Shown: positions 62,000 to 62,271 of the stretch, in pieces
Numbering within the stretch: the stretch's first letter is position 1
How the letters are laid out: every line of letters begins with the position of its first letter
Source: a virus
Taxonomy: Duplodnaviria > Caudoviricetes
Virus record (IMG/VR): IMGVR_UViG_3300032307_000095
Location: 1 to 62,271 of that record
Length of the DNA: 62,271 nt
Strand: one strand, 5' to 3'
Notes under the pieces: generated by a model
Database searches by the model: none
The model's input: only the letters and a program-made list of their open reading frames with translations
Told to the model about the DNA's origin: nothing
Position numbers and translations under genes: made by a program

Positions 62000-62271
62000 A
62001 TGTTGGTTGAGTTGGCGGCGGCGAATGCAGCTTTCGCTGTGATTAAGGAGGCTGTGCAGAACTCAGGTGATCTGATGAACGCCGGTCAGGCAATCTTTCA
62101 ATACTTCGACAGCAAGTCTGCGATCCAGAAGAAGTACCAGAAGAAGTCACGGGACGCAGGCAGAAGCGACATTGAGGAGTTCTTTGCGCTTGAGAAGCTC
62201 AAGAAGCAGGAGAACGAGCTGCGGGAGATGATGATCTACCAAGGCCGAGCAGGTATGTGGACAGACTGGCT
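62000..62271 (+). CDS. 5' part of the junction-spanning CDS (ends at 304)
   Basis: Open frame from ATG 62000 into the terminal overlap. Confidence 0.8.
   Translation, partial: MLVELAAANAAFAVIKEAVQNSGDLMNAGQAIFQYFDSKSAIQKKYQKKSRDAGRSDIEEFFALEKLKKQENELREMMIYQGRAGMWTDW
62149..62271. repeat. Terminal overlap, right copy
   Basis: Identical to 1-123. Confidence 0.97.

Noticed and set aside
62149-62271. 123-bp terminal repeat as a biological direct terminal repeat
   Set aside because: It falls mid-CDS, so it is best explained as the overlap of a circular assembly.
1-62271. tRNA genes, integrase, introns/inteins, diversity-generating retroelement
   Set aside because: No cloverleaf, recombinase, splice-junction or reverse-transcriptase motifs were recognised by eye. 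tRNAscan-SE and HMM searches are needed to confirm absence.

Overview
Complete circularly permuted genome of a tailed dsDNA phage, about 62,148 bp unique (1-123 is identical to 62149-62271). Morphogenesis looks podovirus-like, and no integrase, tRNA or CRISPR array was seen. The genome has two arms. The plus arm (about 41.1 kb through the junction to 17.66 kb) carries TerS/TerL, portal, a GroES-like protein, scaffold, major capsid, a structured RNA, a glycosyltransferase, small basic proteins, adaptor/tail/fibre genes, lysis genes and five large ejection-type proteins. The minus arm (40.6 to 17.76 kb) carries early genes (MoxR AAA + vWA/metallopeptidase + DUF3150-like, Rap1a-like, TraR-like zinc finger, tandem RHH) followed by replication genes (PolA, Cas4-like exonuclease, SNF2 helicase, SSB-like, primase-helicase). 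The most striking unexplained signal is the 13-bp palindrome CTAACA(A/T)TGTTAG: 16 exact copies, all within 28.1-40.7 kb, about every 0.6 kb across 31-40.7 kb, many inside coding sequences in different frames. Other notable items: a shared [MFYLK]-x-x-G-G tag on putative capsid-internal proteins; homing endonucleases that duplicate the terminal codons of neighbouring genes; a candidate overprinted gene inside the 2055-aa protein; a pseudoknotted RNA after the capsid gene; and apparent CCWGG avoidance. All family assignments come from motif recognition by eye; no database searches were run.
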